This document shows, piece after piece, positions 62,836 through 64,000 of a stretch of 64,000 nucleotides of DNA; position 1 is the stretch's first letter; the number at the start of each line of letters is the position of its first letter. Position numbers and translations under genes: made by a program. The notes below the pieces were generated by a model. That model had not been told where the DNA came from. It saw only the letters and a program-made list of their open reading frames with translations, and searched no databases. Where the stretch lies: NCBI GenBank assembly GCA_044892525.1, contig CM097885.1, forward strand, positions 53,694,001-53,758,000. Direction: 5' to 3'. This stretch comes from Schmidtea polychroa. Lineage: Eukaryota.

Positions 62836-64000
62836 ATTTTATAGAAAATTAAATTTTATCTCTATAATATATGAATAAATATACAAGGAAATTACGTTAA
62901 CTGTATGAAAAATACAAATTTATCGTAAAAACATGTGTGTATTACACACAACATACGAGACATAATTTTTAATCAAGCTATTTTATAGAAAATTAAATTT
63001 TATCTATATAATATATGAATAAATATCCAAGGAAATTACGTTAACTGTATGAAAAATACAAATTTATCATAAAAACATGTGTGTATTACACACAAAGCGA
63101 CAAACTAAGGTTTTAATTGCGCCATGTTGTAGAGAATTAAATTCTGCCTATACATGGTTACACTTAAATCTCGATCAGACCTGTTAAAAGTGACAAAAAG
63201 AGTAAAAACAGTAGAGTAGGGTATTGTGTGGAGTCGGGAACAAAGACATATGACGTCATCGATGACGTCACAAAGACATATGAGTCATACCCCCGGGGAG
63301 GGGTAGAAATTTTTAAACGAAGACCATGACTCATCGTGATGACTCATCGTGATGACTCATCGTGATGACTCATCGTGATGACTCATCAAGATGCCTCATC
63401 GTGATGACTCATCAAGATGCCTCATCGTGATGACTCATCAAGGTCATATGACTCATCGACTCCACACATTACCCTACTCTACTGTTTTTACTCTTTTTGT
63501 CACTTTTAACAGGTCTGATCGAGATTTAAGTGTAACCATGTATAGGCAGAATTTAATTCTCTACAACATGGCGCAATTAAAACTTTAGTTTGTCGCTTTG
63601 TGTGTAATACACACATGTTTTTACGATAAATTTGTATTTTTCGCGCGGTTAACGTAATTTTCTTGGATTTTTATTCATATATTATATAGATAAAATTTAA
63701 TTTTCTATAAAATAGCTTGATTAAAAATTATGTCTCGTATGTTGTGTGTAATACACACACATGTTTTTACGATAAATTTGTATTTTTCATACAGTTAACG
63801 TAATTTTCTTAGGATTTTATTCATATATTATATAGATAAAATTTAATTTTCTATAAAATAGCTTGATAAAAAATTATGTCTCGTATGTTGTGTGTAATAC
63901 ACACACATGTTTTTACGATAAATTTGTATTTTTCATACAGTTAACGTAATTTTCTTAGGATTTTATTCATATATTATATAGATAAAATTTAATTTTCTAT
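62836..64000. repeat. Large palindrome: arms 62836-63236 and 63457-~63860 (running off the window), built partly from ~144 bp tandem units, with a 220 bp spacer of 13 bp GATGACTCATCGT repeats
   Basis: The arms are near-perfect reverse complements (e.g. GTAGAGTAGGGTATTGTGTGGAGTCG / CGACTCCACACATTACCCTACTCTAC). Confidence 0.95.

Noticed and set aside
63326..63456. 13 bp repeats as a CRISPR array
   Set aside because: The repeats are contiguous with no unique spacers, there are no cas genes, and the context is eukaryotic
63391..63588. 65 aa ORF (and the antisense-side 62128-62343 ORF)
   Set aside because: These lie in the repeat array, palindrome arm or promoter duplication, with no coding support

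Overview
A very AT-rich eukaryotic (animal) genomic window, not a prokaryotic one. Short 41-50 bp introns, (AAT)n tracts, hAT/Penelope content and TRAF cargo would fit a free-living flatworm, but that is inference only. Two host genes look intact: an intronless Ufd2/UBE4-type U-box E4 ligase (4075-6852, -) and a two-exon core-2/I-branching GlcNAc-transferase (19030-23434, +). Most of the rest is nested mobile DNA: several hAT transposons and MITEs (some with TIR and TSD), Gypsy and Penelope fragments, a minimal hammerhead ribozyme beside an (AAT)n tract, and Polinton-like termini reading 5'-AGTAG. The main signal is a family of virus-like elements built on a protein-primed-type B DNA polymerase (PolB), seen in three diverged copies (10.5-12.7, 36.8-37.4 and 58.1-62.1 kb). 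The best copy (~48-64 kb) has five parts. (1) A ~1236-codon PolB gene that I can rebuild by hand through six tiny GT-AG introns, all phase 1, with the ATG split by the first intron and only one nonsense codon. (2) A compact same-strand array of intronless genes, including a captured TRAF and two membrane proteins. (3) An orphan CxxC/coiled-coil/basic gene that recurs at 33 kb with the same splice and promoter layout. (4) Conserved non-coding hairpin motifs shared with the 31-33 kb copy. (5) A ~1 kb palindrome whose spacer is an array of AP-1/CRE sites, with a related core at 30.3 kb. No integrase, capsid or packaging ATPase gene is recognisable in the window. All alignments and translations were done by eye; no searches were run.
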